A stretch of 64,000 nt of DNA. Source: Octopus vulgaris (taxonomy: Eukaryota). Position 1 is the stretch's first letter. Every line of letters begins with the position of its first letter. Shown piece after piece: positions 1 to 11,990 of the stretch. The stretch is taken from assembly GCA_951406725.2 (NCBI GenBank), contig OX597814.1:188232001-188296000 (forward strand), read 5' to 3'. The translations under genes and the position numbers were made by a program. The notes under the pieces are model-generated. The model searched no databases. It had not been told where the DNA came from and worked only from the letters and a program-made list of their open reading frames with translations.

Positions 1-105
1 GGCTTCGGTCGGCCCGAGGCTATAGTAGAAGACACATGCCCAAGGTGCCACTCAGTGGGACTGAACCCGGAACCAGGTGGTTGGTAAGCAAGCTTCTTAC
101 CACAC
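1..105 (-). mobile_element. tRNA-derived SINE family S1, head (window-truncated)
   Basis: Reverse complement of the GTGGCTGTGTGGTAAG...GGTTCAGTCCC head (A/B-box-like) seen at 39688, 49196 and 63786. Confidence 0.9.
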
Positions 106-136
106 TTCACTGGCGTATATGTAATTTTGTTTGACT

Positions 137-750
137 GTGTATATATGTGTGTGTGTGTGTGTGTTTACGAGTGTGTGCGTATGAGTGTATATGCGTGTGT
201 GAGTGTGTGTATGACTGTGTGCGTATGTGTGTATGAGTGTCTGTGTGCGTATGAACGTGTGCGTTCGCATGAGTGTGTACGTATGAGTGTGTATGTATGT
301 GTATGTGTGTGTTTGCGTATGTTTGTGTGTGTGTGTGTGGTGAGTATGTATGTGTATGAATGTGTGTGTATGTGTGTGCGCGTATGAGTGTGTATATGTG
401 TATGCGTGTGCATGTGTGTGTGTACATGTGTGTATATATGCATGTGTGTGTGTGTGTTTGCGTATGTGTGTGTGTGTGTGTGGTGAGTATGTGTGTGTAT
501 GAATGAGTGTGTATGTGTGTGCGCGTATGAGTGTGTATATGTGTATGTGTGTGCGTGTGTGTATGTATGTGTGTATGTATGCATGTGTGTGTGTGTGTTT
601 GCGTATGTGTGTGTGTGTGTGGTGAGTATGTGTGCGTATGAATGAGCGTGTATGTGTGTGCGCGTATGAGTGTGTATATGTGTATGTGTGTGCGTGTGTG
701 TGTGTATGTGTGTATGTATGCATGTGTGTGTGTGTGTGTGTGTGTGTGTA
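137..750. repeat. Degenerate (GT)n/(GTAT)n microsatellite with higher-order repeat
   Basis: Recurring blocks such as TTTGCGTATG(TG)nGTGAGTATG. Confidence 0.95.
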
Positions 751-924
751 TGATTGCGAATGTAGTTATAAGGACAGAGTGACATTACATGCTGGGATGG
801 TTTGTTTGTATTTGTTACGTACCATTGTCGCTTACTCAGACACACCCAGATATTAATACACGCATCAATCTGGAACAGTCTGGGTATTACTGACCGATGC
901 TGCTACAGATAATGAAACCGAAAA

Positions 925-1300
925 CTACGACGACGACGACGACCACGGCGACGGCGATGATGGCGTTGATGAAGATGTCTGCTGCTGCTGCTGCTACAGA
1001 TGATGGTAGTGATGATGATGATTATGATGATGATGATGTTGATGATGATGACGAAGATGATGATTATGATGATGATGATGAGGATGGTGTTGGTGATGTT
1101 GATTATGAGGATAATGATCATGATGATTATGATGATGATGATGATGATGATGACGACGATGATGATGAAGATGACTGCTGCTGCTGCTACTGATAATAAT
1201 GGTGATGCTGCTGCTGCTGATGATGATGATAATGATGATGATGGTGATGATTATGATGATGGTGATGGTGATGATGATGATGATGATGATGATGGTGATG
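925..1300. repeat. (GAT)n/(GCT)n/(GAC)n trinucleotide microsatellite
   Basis: Direct reading. Confidence 0.95.
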
Positions 1301-1654
1301 GTCAAAATATAGTTGCAGACCTGACGTTGCAATTGTTCATTTTAATGAGTGTGCCCGTTGTGGCTGTGTTGATTGCTTTGCACTCGGTGCGTGTGGTCGT
1401 GTGTGTGTGTGTGTGTGTCTGTGTATGCGTGTACGTGTGTGTGCATGCGTGTGCACGAGTCTTTGTCTGTGTAATTACATGTAAGGGGTGGGGTCTATTA
1501 TTACAAATGATTGAGTGTGCATTTCCAATTGTGTATTTTGTTTATAAATATACATTTCCAGTTGTGCGTGTGTATATTATGCTTCTAATTACATGTGTCC
1601 CTTCCTACGACTCGGTGGCATGTGTTGCGTTTGTTACAGGTGTGTACATATATG

Positions 1655-2510
1655 TGTTGTGTGTGGTATGTGTGTGAATATGTATGTATGTGTATGTGTG
1701 TGTGGGTGAGTATGATTATGCATGCGTGTGTGGGGTGTGGGGTTCTGTTGGTGTGCGGGGCTGTGTGTGTGTGTATGTGTGAATGTGTATACGTGTGTAT
1801 GTGTATGTGTGTGTTGGTGTGTGGTTGTGTAGGTGTGCGCGGCTGTGCGTGTGTGTGTGTATGTGAATGTGTATGTATGTGTGTGTGTGTGGGTGAGTAT
1901 GTATGTGCATGTGTGTGTGTGGACGTGTAGTTGTGTAGGTGTGCGCGGCTGTGTGTGTGTGTGGTGGGGGAATGTGTGTGTGGGTGAGTATGTATGTGCA
2001 TGTGTGTGTGATTGTGTGGACCTGTAGGTGTGCGCAGCTGTATGTGTGTGTGAATGTGCATGTGTTTGTATGTGTATGCGTGTGTGGGTGAGTATGTATG
2101 TGCATGTGTGTGTGGGTGCGTAGTTCTGTAGGTGTGCGCGGCTGTGTGTGTGTGTGTGTGGGGGGGGAATGTGTATGTGTGTGTATGTGTGTGTGGGTGG
2201 GTATGCATGTGCATGTGTGTGTGTGTGTGTATGTTTGTATATGTGTGGGTGAGTATGATTGTGCATGTGTGTGGTTGTGTGGTTCTGTAGGTGTGCGCGG
2301 CTGTGTGTGTGTGAATGTGTGTGTATGTGTATGTGTATGTGGGTGAGTATGAGCATGTGTGCGTGGGTGTGTGGTTCTGTAGGTGTGTGCGGCTGTGTGT
2401 GTATGAATGTGTATGTGTATGTGTGTGTGTGGTGAGTATGTATGTGCATGTGTGTGTGAATGTGTGGTTCTGTAGGTGTGCGCAGCTGCGTGTATGTGTG
2501 TGTGTGTGCA
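1655..2510. repeat. (GT)n-derived minisatellite with ~110 bp higher-order unit
   Basis: About 7 recurrences of GGGTGAGTATG...TGTAGGTGTGCGCGGCTGTG...GAATGTG. Confidence 0.9.
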
Positions 2511-2520
2511 TAAATTATCA

Positions 2521-2740
2521 TTTATCTTTTATTTGTTTCAGCCATTATATCGCACCAATGTTGGGGCACCGCCTTGAAGAATTTTTAGTCGAATAAATCG
2601 ACTCTAGTACTTATTTCTTTTAAAACCCAGTTCTGTATCGGTCGCTTTTGCTGAACCGCTAGGTTACGAGGATGTAATCACACCAACACCTGTTGTCAAG
2701 GGGTGGTGGGAGGAGAAACACACACACACACACACACACA

Positions 2741-2819
<79 letters not shown>

Positions 2820-2875
2820 GCTTCTTTCAGTTTCCGTCCACCACACAAGGCTTCAGTCGGCCCGGGGACATAGCA
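2521..2875 (-). mobile_element. SINE S1, diverged, with internal (CA)n
   Basis: Matches reverse complement of S1 body and tail. Confidence 0.8.
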
Positions 2876-3169
2876 GTTATATATAGTTATTTTGGTTGAA
2901 CAACAGCCGCTTCGATTAGCCGTTTCGAATCCTGCTCGAGACTTACACATTTCAATAACCCCTAAATAATCACACACAATTTTTTTCTATTTTATTTTTG
3001 CTATTAACCGTCCTCGTGACCCCCTTCGTATCTCCGATGGGGCCATGAACTACACGATGAAAATCCAGAGTTATTCGTGGTCAATGAATTTTTAATAAAA
3101 ATTCGAAGGTGGTATATCAATTCAAAAATCGATATCCATGAAATAATCATACTTTCTCATTTTTTTTAA

Positions 3170-3303
3170 TGCTAAAAATCTTCCTGACAATCGTCTTTGT
3201 AATTCTTAAAAATATAACTATTGGTCCAGCCGTCTGGCCGTGAAAGAGGGAGCAGACAAAGAGACGGACAGACGAAAGGACATAACGCCCATTATAGTAA
3301 GAT
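3170..3303 (-). mobile_element. Helitron-like 5' end fragment
   Basis: Minus strand starts A|TCTTACTATAAT...GTCTGTCCGTCT..., resembling non-autonomous Helitron 5' ends. Confidence 0.45.
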
Positions 3304-3335
3304 CATCATCATCATCATCATCATTATTATTATTT

Positions 3336-3449
3336 GATAAAAACTCACAGCTTATTTTGCTGGGTATGATGGAAAGTGTTAGCTGTCCACAGCCAGCAGA
3401 CTAAGGCGACACTTGTTTAATGGTCATGCGTCAAGAACCCTGCAAAGAA
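3336..3449 (-). mobile_element. 3' tip of R4/Dong-like LINE (same family as 4240-5969)
   Basis: Similar to 4240-4350; flanked by (ATT)n on both sides. Confidence 0.8.
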
Positions 3450-3462
3450 TTATTATTATTAC

Positions 3463-3496
<34 letters not shown>

Positions 3497-3499
3497 TTT

Positions 3500-4170
3500 T
3501 CTTTTTTTCTTCTTTCAAATTTGCTTCCATTTCTTGCCGAGTGTCTTCCCGACTCCTAGGGCAAAGAAACTCATAGTATACATTGGTAGGCCATTAAACC
3601 AAACTCAATAGTTCGTTCATTTTTTTTAATTTTTTTTTTAAGTTAAATTAAAATACATGAGCAGCAACAGTTCTCACATCGACAATGCTCTTCTCAATAC
3701 GTGTGATGTACCAGTTAAGACAATCTTTTGCACTTCTTGCAGGGATGGTAAGCCAGGGATCCTTCTCATATAATTTTCGGTTCCCTTCTTGATCATTCCT
3801 AGTGCTCCTACGATCACTGGTATTGTAACCGCCTTGAGATGCCACATTTTCTCAATTTCAATGAGTAGGTCTTTATATTTTCTGAGCTTGTCAAACTCTT
3901 TCGCTGAGATATTATGATCACAGGGGATGCTCATGTTGATCAATAAGCAAACTTTATTGTTTTGGTCTTTCACAACAATATCTGGTTTATTGGCCTTGAT
4001 GGTTCGGTCTGTATGTACTGGAAAGTCCCACAGAATGGTTACATTTTCTCCTTCAGTTACAGCCTCAGGGTGGTGATTATACCACTTGTCGGCAGTTTTG
4101 ATATTGTAATGCCGACTTATTAGCCAGTGTAGATATTGGCCAACTCTGTCATGTCTTAATTTATACTGGA
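3500..4170 (-). mobile_element. 5'-truncated R4/Dong-like non-LTR retrotransposon (restriction-like endonuclease region)
   Basis: Minus-strand translation ILWDFPVHTDRTIKANKPDIVVKD...LLINMSIP...KLRKY...PVIVGALG...LRRALSM*. Confidence 0.85.
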
Positions 4171-4172
4171 CA

Positions 4173-4239
<67 letters not shown>

Positions 4240-4240
<1 letters not shown>

Positions 4241-5969
4241 GAAAACTGCTTATTTTGCTGGGTATGATGGAAAGTGTCAACTGTCCACGGCCAGCAGACA
4301 TAGGTGAGACTTGTTTACTGGTCATGCTTCAAGAACCCTGCGAAGAATTCTTGCAGTTCCAAGCAATGCTGATTGTTGTAAGTGTTCTACTTTCACACTT
4401 GCACCAATCTTTTTCATCCAAGTTGATAGTTGAGTGCTAATACTTCCAAGTGCGCCAATTACTATTGGTATCACGTCTACTCTCCTCATTGACAAAACCT
4501 TCGTATTTCCCACTAGAAATCGTCATAGTTGTTTATTTTTTTCTTCTTTCATATTCATCCTGTTTTTACCGGGTCATGCAATGTCGATTATCATGCATGA
4601 TCTTTCCATTTTATTCACCACAACAATGTCCGGTTTCCGATGTCTGATCAGATGTTCGCACTCAATCATTGCATCTCACAGGATTTTGCAATTCTCATTC
4701 TCGGTGACTGCTGGGATTTTCTCATACCACTTCTTTGCTCTTTGTTGGCCGTGACTTCCACAAAGTTCCCAATGGATCATTCTTGCCACATTGTCATAGC
4801 ATCTTTTGTATTCGCGTTGTGACAATTCCGGGCATTCGCTAACGATGTGCCATACCGCTTTACCCCTCTTACCACATATTCTGCATTTGTTGCTTTCGAT
4901 AATGTTGTCTATTCTGCACTTCACATAGTCGGTCCTTAACGCTAGTTCTTGAGCTTCGCATATGGGTGCTTCTGTCTCCATCATCAGGCCACTCCTTCTC
5001 ATCCACAGTCACCAGTGGTCTTTATCTGTCTCGGTGTTCACATCTCTTGCAAACTGACCGTACATTTTTCCTTCCATGCTGTTTCTTTTTTGTGTTCATT
5101 TCTTGTTTAAATTTTTCTTTCATTACACAATTTTCAGTTTTTATGATACTGGCCTTCTTTGTATGTTTCAACAATGGCTCCACTCTAAGCTGCTTTCCTC
5201 TGCTTCGATACAGTCTTGGCAACTAATCAAACCTCTCCCGTCCTTTTTCAGGACAAGTACAGCCTATCGGTGTCACTTTTAGGGTGTAAGGCTCCGTGTA
5301 CTGTCAACATTTTTCTGGCCTTGGTATCCATTTTCATCCTTCTCACTTATGCCATTTTATAATTCCCGCTCCATAGCGAAGTGATGCTATCGCCAACGTA
5401 TTAATTGCTTGAATTTTTTTCCAGCTAGTCAATTATAAGAGCAACACCAACCTCACTCTTCGGAAATATTCCTTCCTCAGTTGCTCTTCATTTCCTTTTC
5501 CATTATCTCCTTGAGCTCTAGTACACCAAGGTATTTGTAGCCTTCTGTTTCAATTTGTTTAATCAAGTCTATGTTTGGTAATTCTATCCCTGCTAGGGAT
5601 TGTACCTTACCTCTTTTTAGGTAAATTGTTCTGCACTTCATGAGTCCAAATTCCATTCTAGTATCAATACTAAAACACTGGATCGTGCTCACCAAGAAAC
5701 TCACTTGTGTCTCGTCCATGCCCTACAGTCTCAAGTCATCCATGAAGAGGAGGTGGTTGATTGTTTAGGATTTTCCCTTTAGTTGGTACCCCAGGTTCAT
5801 TTTCCTAAGTACCAAGGTCAGGGGTATCATGCAGAGAACAAAAACCAACAGAGATAAGCTATCACTCTGGAAAATCTCTCTTCTGATACTCAGGGTGCCC
5901 AAGCCTTTTCCGTAAGATGTCAGTTCAGTTTTCCACCCGACCATACTTCTCTTTAGGAAACACGTTGCA
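4240..5969 (-). mobile_element. Decayed R4/Dong-like non-LTR retrotransposon (RT C-terminal half, CCHC finger, RLE)
   Basis: REIFQSDSLS, NHLLFMDDL, MEFGLMKC, YKYLGVLE, CRICG..WHIVSEC, PDIVV..IIDIA, PIVIGALG, ALLGTARILRRVLE; frameshifts and stops. Confidence 0.9.
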
Positions 5970-6116
5970 TTCTTCTTCTTCTTCTTCTTCTTCTTCTTCT
6001 TCTTCTTCTTCTTCTTCTTCTTCTTCTTCTTCTTCTTCTTCTTCTTGTTCTTGTTCTTCTTCTTCTTGTTGTTGTTCTTCTTCTTCTTCTTCTTCTTGTT
6101 CTTCTTCTTGTTCTTC

Positions 6117-6154
<38 letters not shown>

Positions 6155-6452
6155 CTTCTTCTTCTTCTTCTTCTTCTTCTTCTTCTTGTTCTTCTTCTTC
6201 TTGTTCTTCTTCTTGTTCTTCTTGTTCTTCTTGTTCTTGTTCTTCTTCTTCATCTTCTTCTTGTTCTTGTTCTTCTTGTTCTTCTTGTTCTTCTTGTTCT
6301 TGTTCTTCTTGTTCTTCTTGTTCTTCTTGTTCTTCTTGTTCTTGTTCTTCTTGTTCTTCTTGTTCTTGTTCTTCTTGTTCTTGTTCTTCTTGTTCTTCTT
6401 CTTCTTCTTCTTCTTCTTCTTCTTCTTCTCATTAATGTTGTTGTTGTTGTTG
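5970..6452. repeat. (TTC)n/(TTG)n compound microsatellite
   Basis: Direct reading; abuts the 5' break of the LINE. Confidence 0.95.
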
Positions 6453-6782
6453 TCTATTGGATGAGTGGGTTTGGAGATTTATCGTTTCTATTCATTCATG
6501 CTCTTAAGAAGGCGTGTATATTTTCACACGTGCACTGCCTCGGTAACTTATCGGCCTATTGGCTTGTGTAGAGTTTATATTTAGTTATTTATCAATTCAT
6601 AATATTTATCCATGGCATATACAGCATATTCACTGTTCTCTTTTTTTTTGTATCCTCAGTAATTCTCAAAGAAACATTATCACCTACACGACGGACCGTC
6701 TATTTTATACAGGTTGTAGTGGTGTCCTTACATTCCCACACCAGGCACCTCAGAACCAACCCACTGATAATCTATAAAAGTA

Positions 6783-7034
6783 CTAGCAGTATCGCCCGGC
6801 GTTGCTCGGGTTTGTAAGGGAAATGTTTCTGATTGTCGACCCCATGTCGAATTTATCGATCTTTTTCAGAACTGGAGGAACTTTTCAAAATTTTCGCTGC
6901 GTTAGTTTTGAATTATGACATTGGGCTATGTGTGTGTCAAGTTTCATCAGAATCGGTTGAAAGCCGTGGTCAGGGTGAGGGTACGAGAAAACAGACACAC
7001 AGAAACACGCACAGACAAACTATATAGAGAGAGA
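6783..7034 (-). mobile_element. Non-autonomous Helitron
   Basis: Minus strand begins A|TC and ends CCCGAGCAACGCCGGG hairpin + CTAG|T. Confidence 0.8.
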
Positions 7035-7110
7035 TATATATATTTCTTAGTGGTAAGACCATAGCGGATCTTCTTCTAGCGTAATGGATGTCTGCTTACA
7101 GGTCATCCCT

Positions 7111-7141
<31 letters not shown>

Positions 7142-7156
7142 ATATATATATATATA

Positions 7157-7280
7157 GGGAGAATTCACAAAACAAAAAACAAAAGACGAAGACAGGTGGT
7201 GTATTCGTATAACGCTCGGGAAGTGAAAAAGTCTTTAACGTTTCGAGCCTATGCTCTTCCACAGAAAGAAACAAGGAGAT
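7157..7280 (-). mobile_element. (TA)n-embedded Penelope-like non-autonomous element, family A
   Basis: Homologous to 24310-24546 and 45066-45240. Confidence 0.7.
7232..7269 (-). ncRNA. Minimal type-I hammerhead-like motif (variant core)
   Basis: UCUUU-CUGUGGAA-GAGC(AUAG)GCUC-GAAA-CG-UU-AAAGA. Confidence 0.5.
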
Positions 7281-7294
7281 ATATACGGATGTAA

Positions 7295-7357
<63 letters not shown>

Positions 7358-7461
7358 ATAAGTATGTATGTGTGTACACACATACATATATACAAGCGCG
7401 TGTATATTCGTAAGAATATTTAATATAAGCTAATCTTGTGTCCATACATGTAAAAGTGTAA

Positions 7462-7859
7462 TCTTTATATATAAAACTAAAGTTGTGTGTCTGTCTCCTA
7501 CGATTTAGATTCCTAACTACTCCCACATTTTGCAGTGCAGTTTAACCAAAACCGGGTATATTATAGTCGTAATTCATATCGAGCCCTTCTGGGTATTAGC
7601 GCGCGTCTACGATGAGTCTACGATTTTTAAAAAATTTACCATCATTTATTTCCATTTTAATGCATTTTTTCGCTATTATATAAGGGAAGTAACTCTCTAA
7701 AAATGTCTACGATGAGTCAACGATTTAAAAAAAAATTTACCATCATTTTTTTTCCATTTTTAATGCATTTTTTTGCTATTTTTTGGCTATAACTCTCTAA
7801 AAATGCTTATATAGTTATTTCCCTTACAAACCCGAGCAACGCCGGGCGATACTGCTATG
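7462..7859 (+). mobile_element. Non-autonomous Helitron with internal ~100 bp tandem duplication
   Basis: A|TC start; same ~41 nt 3' hairpin end as 6783-6824, terminal CTAG altered to CTATG. Confidence 0.75.
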
Positions 7860-8058
7860 TGCAATATAACAGAGAGTGATAAAATAAGTACTGAAATCAA
7901 CACGATCTCCTAAAAGCAGTGAAAGCGATGCTCCAGCTTGGTCTCTGACTAAAACAAATAAAAGATATAACTGAGTAAATAAGAAACAGGTGATTACTCC
8001 TTAACTGTTTCTCTAAATAGAGTCCCGTATATATACTATAGACCAGTGATACAGAGGG

Positions 8059-8441
8059 GGAAGCACTCCATCGGTTACGACGACGAGGGTTCCGGTTGAT
8101 CCGATCAACGGAACAGCCTACTCGTGAAATTAACGTGTAAGTGGTTGAGCACTCCACAGACACGTGTACCCTTAACGTAGTTCTCAGAGATATTCAGCGT
8201 GACACAGAGAGTGACAAGGCCGACCCTTTGAAATACAGGTACAACAGAAACAGGAAGTAAGAGTGAGAGAAAGTTGTGGTGAAAGAGTACAGCAGGGATC
8301 ACCACCATCCCCTGCCGGAGCCTCGTGGAGCTTTTAGGTGTTTTCGCTCAATAAACACTCACAACGCCCGGTCTGGGAATCGAAACCGCGATCCTACGAC
8401 CGCGAGTCCGCTGCCCTAACCTTTGGGCCATTGCGTCTCCA
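8059..8441 (-). mobile_element. tRNA-derived SINE family S2, full length
   Basis: Minus head GGAGACGCAATGGCCC..GGTTTCGATTCCC; near-identical to 13895 and 62787; flanking AG(T/A)GATACAGA repeat. Confidence 0.92.
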
Positions 8442-8949
8442 CTAGAGATACAGAAGGATATCGCCAAAAGCGAAGCATTTGGGGCGAGGGTGTTCAATCC
8501 TGAATGGTTAAGACAGCATATCTGTTGCAAAAGTTTTGTTTTTCCCTCTTAGGGAATTTTTACTTATTATAGGCAGTGTTAGTATTATTGGAGATTTGAG
8601 CATTTCATTAGCTGGTAGGGTTGAATTAGTGCCATGTTGAGCGTTTTGATCATGATAGAAGTAATGAAAAGAAAAAAAATCTGACTTTTTCAATCCAGTC
8701 AGCAAGATCTTTTGATAGACTCGAAAATGAAGATTCCAGCGATTATTTTCCGTTTCCAGCTAATGATGAAATTGGTAGTATAAAAGATATTTCATTTCAG
8801 CTATTTCATATTAATCAATTACCCACAAATATCAAAACACAGAGAGCGATTGCAAACTGCGATGAAGTAACCGGTACATAACCTACACACGCGTCTTCTC
8901 TCTGATCAAATCTTCTAGAAGAAGGCTGTATTTCAGTTGAGTGGTTTAA

Positions 8950-9620
8950 TCGTTTGATACTTTGACGTGCTTATAATAATTTCCTGTCGTTGCAAAATAA
9001 TTGCCTTAGTTGCTAGAAATAGGGACATATACGTGACCACCGGGTGTATACTCGCTAAATGAATGCTACAGTTTAGCGTGCTTACTTGTAATAATGTTGC
9101 CAACAACGAAAAAATAGCTGAATTTCATTTTTGGTATTTTGTCAAATAATACTTTATGCAGTTTATTGCCAACAGGGAAATGTTTTAAAACCAAATTTTG
9201 AAAATGGCTATATACGAGTTCACTTTGAGACTGATAATGATTCGGTTACGTTTAACTTGGTGCATATTTTTCTATATAGGTTTTGGTATGTGTTTTCTTT
9301 GCTTACAGATTTCAACTTCTCTGATATGAGACTTTCTCTCTTTTATTTGATACCAATATTCTCTAAAGCCCTACTGTCGAAACAAGCTGCTCTTCTGCGA
9401 TAGATTAAAAATTTGTTGGCTTATATTTCTAATTAAATTCTTTAAGGTGACTGGGGATAGTCGGAATTCCTGTCGATTTACAAATATATTTTTTCCCTAG
9501 ATTTTATATAAGGTTTGCAATTGCTTGTATCTAAGGCTAGAAACATGAGCATCATTAAGTTCATAGCAACTGTAATAATAAATCATAGTTCATTAACAAT
9601 ATTAATTATGTCTGTTCTAA
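8950..9620 (-). mobile_element. Decayed Penelope-like element (RT thumb/linker region)
   Basis: Minus-strand fragments KPYIKS, DYPQSPLKNLIRNISQQIFNLS, KRNRII and KHFPVGNKLHKVLF resemble Penelope-like ORFs. Confidence 0.5.
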
Positions 9621-9712
9621 TTCTGTCTAATTTGCATCTGTCAAGCCATCGCTTCTGTACAATCCTAGGTCTCATTTTTTAAATTTTTGACTTGAGTAAG
9701 ATGTATAATATG

Positions 9713-9963
9713 TGGAGGCGCGTGGCTTAGTGGTTAAGGTGTCAGTATCATGATCGTAAGATTGTAGTTTTGATTCCTGGACCGGGCGACGCGTTGTGTT
9801 CTTGAGCAAAACACTTCATTTCACGTTGCTCTAGTCCACTCAGCTGGCAAAAATGAGTAACGCTGCGATGGATTGGCGTCCCGTCCAGCGGGGGAACACA
9901 TACGCCATTGAAACCGGGAAATAGGGCCCATGAGCTTGGCTAGGCTTTAAAAAGGGCGCATTT
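9713..9963 (+). mobile_element. tRNA-derived SINE family S3
   Basis: GGAGGCGCGTGGCTTAGTGG head; homologous to 36310-36562. Confidence 0.9.
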
Positions 9964-10714
9964 AATACTTTTTTAAATATATTATACCGAGTAAGGCAGT
10001 GAACTGGGAAAATAGATGAATATACTAAGAGAAAAAAATGTTCATTGATATATTTTTCTCATACTGCATCTTTATTGAAAATGATTAATTTTTTTTTTGA
10101 TGAGCATAATAATACAACTTAGCTACTATTTATAGTATACGTTCTTACAAATTCCAATGATTTGAAGATCGTCTCCTTGCTGGGAATTTGGTGAAAACCC
10201 GGATATAGTGAATCAGAATTCTGCAACACGTTTTACTAGTCTCTTTACCTCAGCCACTCCACCACCTAGGGATTGCTTCTGGGCATTAAATTCTGTGGAT
10301 TTCACAGATGATTTCCATATCCTCTAATATCCAGTTTCTTCGTAGCATCTACTAATTCGTGTTTAGAACTGGTTAACAAATCAATATTGTCTGTAAATCT
10401 TAGACGTTGATCATTCTTCCGCTAATCTTTACTGTGTCTTGAAAATCCTCTCATAATCTGTAAAAAAAAATGAGAAAAAGACATTGAAAAGTCCTGATAC
10501 TAATAATGGATAGCCCTGATTAACTCCAACGCTTGTTTCTAGTCATTGCTTTATTTCATCGTTGTTCAGAATAAAAACTCTTCTTGTGTATTTTCCACAG
10601 TATTTCCATAAGATGCATAAACCCTTTAGCGTTCAAACCGGCCATATCAGGCCAAAATATTTAGCCTGTTTTCTGTTGAAACTGACCAGATCTGGCTCTT
10701 CACCTCAACCTTAC

Positions 10715-10857
10715 TGTTATGTCGCACGTTCGGATGCCTTCTACTCAACTCTTCTCTAGTCTACTCTGACCCTACTGTTCTCTGCCGTCTAGACTTCTCC
10801 CTCTATATCTACGTATTGGGCTAGTCTACTTCATCGTCTGGGGGCATCTACACACCA
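10715..10857. mobile_element. 143 bp solo-LTR-like insertion
   Basis: TG...CA termini, CTTAC 5-bp duplication at 10710-10714 and 10858-10862. Confidence 0.65.
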
Positions 10858-11002
10858 CTTACAATATCATTCTAAAACTAAACACTCACATCATCGAAAT
10901 CTCTTAAATACAAAATCATTAATTCAAAACAATTATAAATAAACAAACATTACATTTGCCAGAATAATCTAAATTTTTGACTTGAGTAAGATGTATAATA
11001 TG

Positions 11003-11183
11003 TGGAGGCGCGTGGCTTAGTGGTTAGGGTGTCAGCATCATGATCGTAAGATTGTGGTTTCGATTCCTGGACCGGGCGACGCGTTGTGTTCTTGAGCAAA
11101 ACACTTCAATTTACGTTGCTCCAATCCACTCAGCTGGCAAAAATGAGTAACGCTGCTATGGATTGGTGTCCCGTCCATCGGGG
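11003..11183 (+). mobile_element. SINE S3 partial copy with duplicated flank
   Basis: Shares 32 bp upstream flank with the copy at 9713. Confidence 0.85.
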
Positions 11184-11578
11184 TTAAGATGTGGCAATTC
11201 GTCATAATATCCCACAGTACATCTCTCCTTGCCTTTTCAATGTATTTTTTTTTTGTGGCAGCAGCAAATATCTGGTGTGATTTCTTTTGATGTGTTGTTT
11301 TTAAAAAATTCTCAACTTTCGTTAGCTATTCTGCACTGCCGCTTCCTTCTGGAATCCTGTTGGTTCTTCAGAAATTATTCTTTTTTCATGAAGTTTTAAA
11401 CGATTGTTTAATACACAAAGTATTATTTTGCTTGGATGGTTTGTTAAGTTAATGACACTTGATACATTTCTGCAACAACAGCAGCAAAATAAGTCTAATA
11501 CAAAGTATGTCTAACACAACTTGTGATAACAGGAATTGTATGTGAGACATAGATATTCTACTTCCAGTCACACTAATA

Positions 11579-11990
11579 GGCGTTAGAGTGGCTGGGTGGT
11601 AAGTAGCTTGCTTACCAACCACATGGTTCCGGGTTCAGTCCCATTGCGTGCCACCTTAGGCAAGTATCTTCTACTGTAGCCCTGGTCCAACCAAAGCCTT
11701 GTGAGTGGATTTGGTAGACGGAAACTGAAAGAAGCCCGTCGTATATATATATATATATATACATATGTGTGTGTGTGTGTGTGTTTGTGTGTCTGTGTTT
11801 GTCCCACCCAACATCGCTTGACAACCGATGCCGGTGTGTTTACGTCCCCGTAACTTAGCGGTTCGGCAAAAGAGACCGATTGAATAATTACTAGGCTTAC
11901 AAAGAATAATTCCTTGGGTCAATTTGATCGACTAAAAGGCGGTGCTCCGGCATGGGCACTGTCAAATGACTGAAACAAGTAAAAGAGTAA
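11579..11990 (+). mobile_element. SINE S1 full length with internal (TA)n(TG)n
   Basis: Matches 39688-40107. Confidence 0.92.

Larger units (their letters stand above)
10620..11187. mobile_element. piggyBac-like MITE (interrupted)
   Basis: AACCCTTTAGC start and GGGTTAA end. Confidence 0.5.
10320..11485 (-). mobile_element. Highly decayed RTE-clade LINE interrupted by MITE, LTR and SINE
   Basis: Minus fragments NHPSKIILCVLNNRL...ISEEPTGF, GVNQG...LFNVF and VKISGRMIN/LRFTDNIDLL. Confidence 0.6.

Noticed and set aside
97-2596. Long His/Thr, Val/Cys and poly-Asp ORFs
   Set aside because: Translations of (CA)n, (GT)n and (GAT)n microsatellites, which lack stops in several frames
8105-8308. 67 aa ORF conserved at 8105, 13946 and 62834
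   Set aside because: Internal to near-identical SINE S2 copies; the conservation reflects recent copying
9713-9790. tRNA genes at SINE heads
   Set aside because: A/B boxes continue into SINE bodies and tails with TSDs; no complete cloverleaf
10240-10460. Minus-strand exon after a strong TTTTTTTTACAG acceptor
   Set aside because: Stops in the frames read; sequence is a decayed RTE RT remnant
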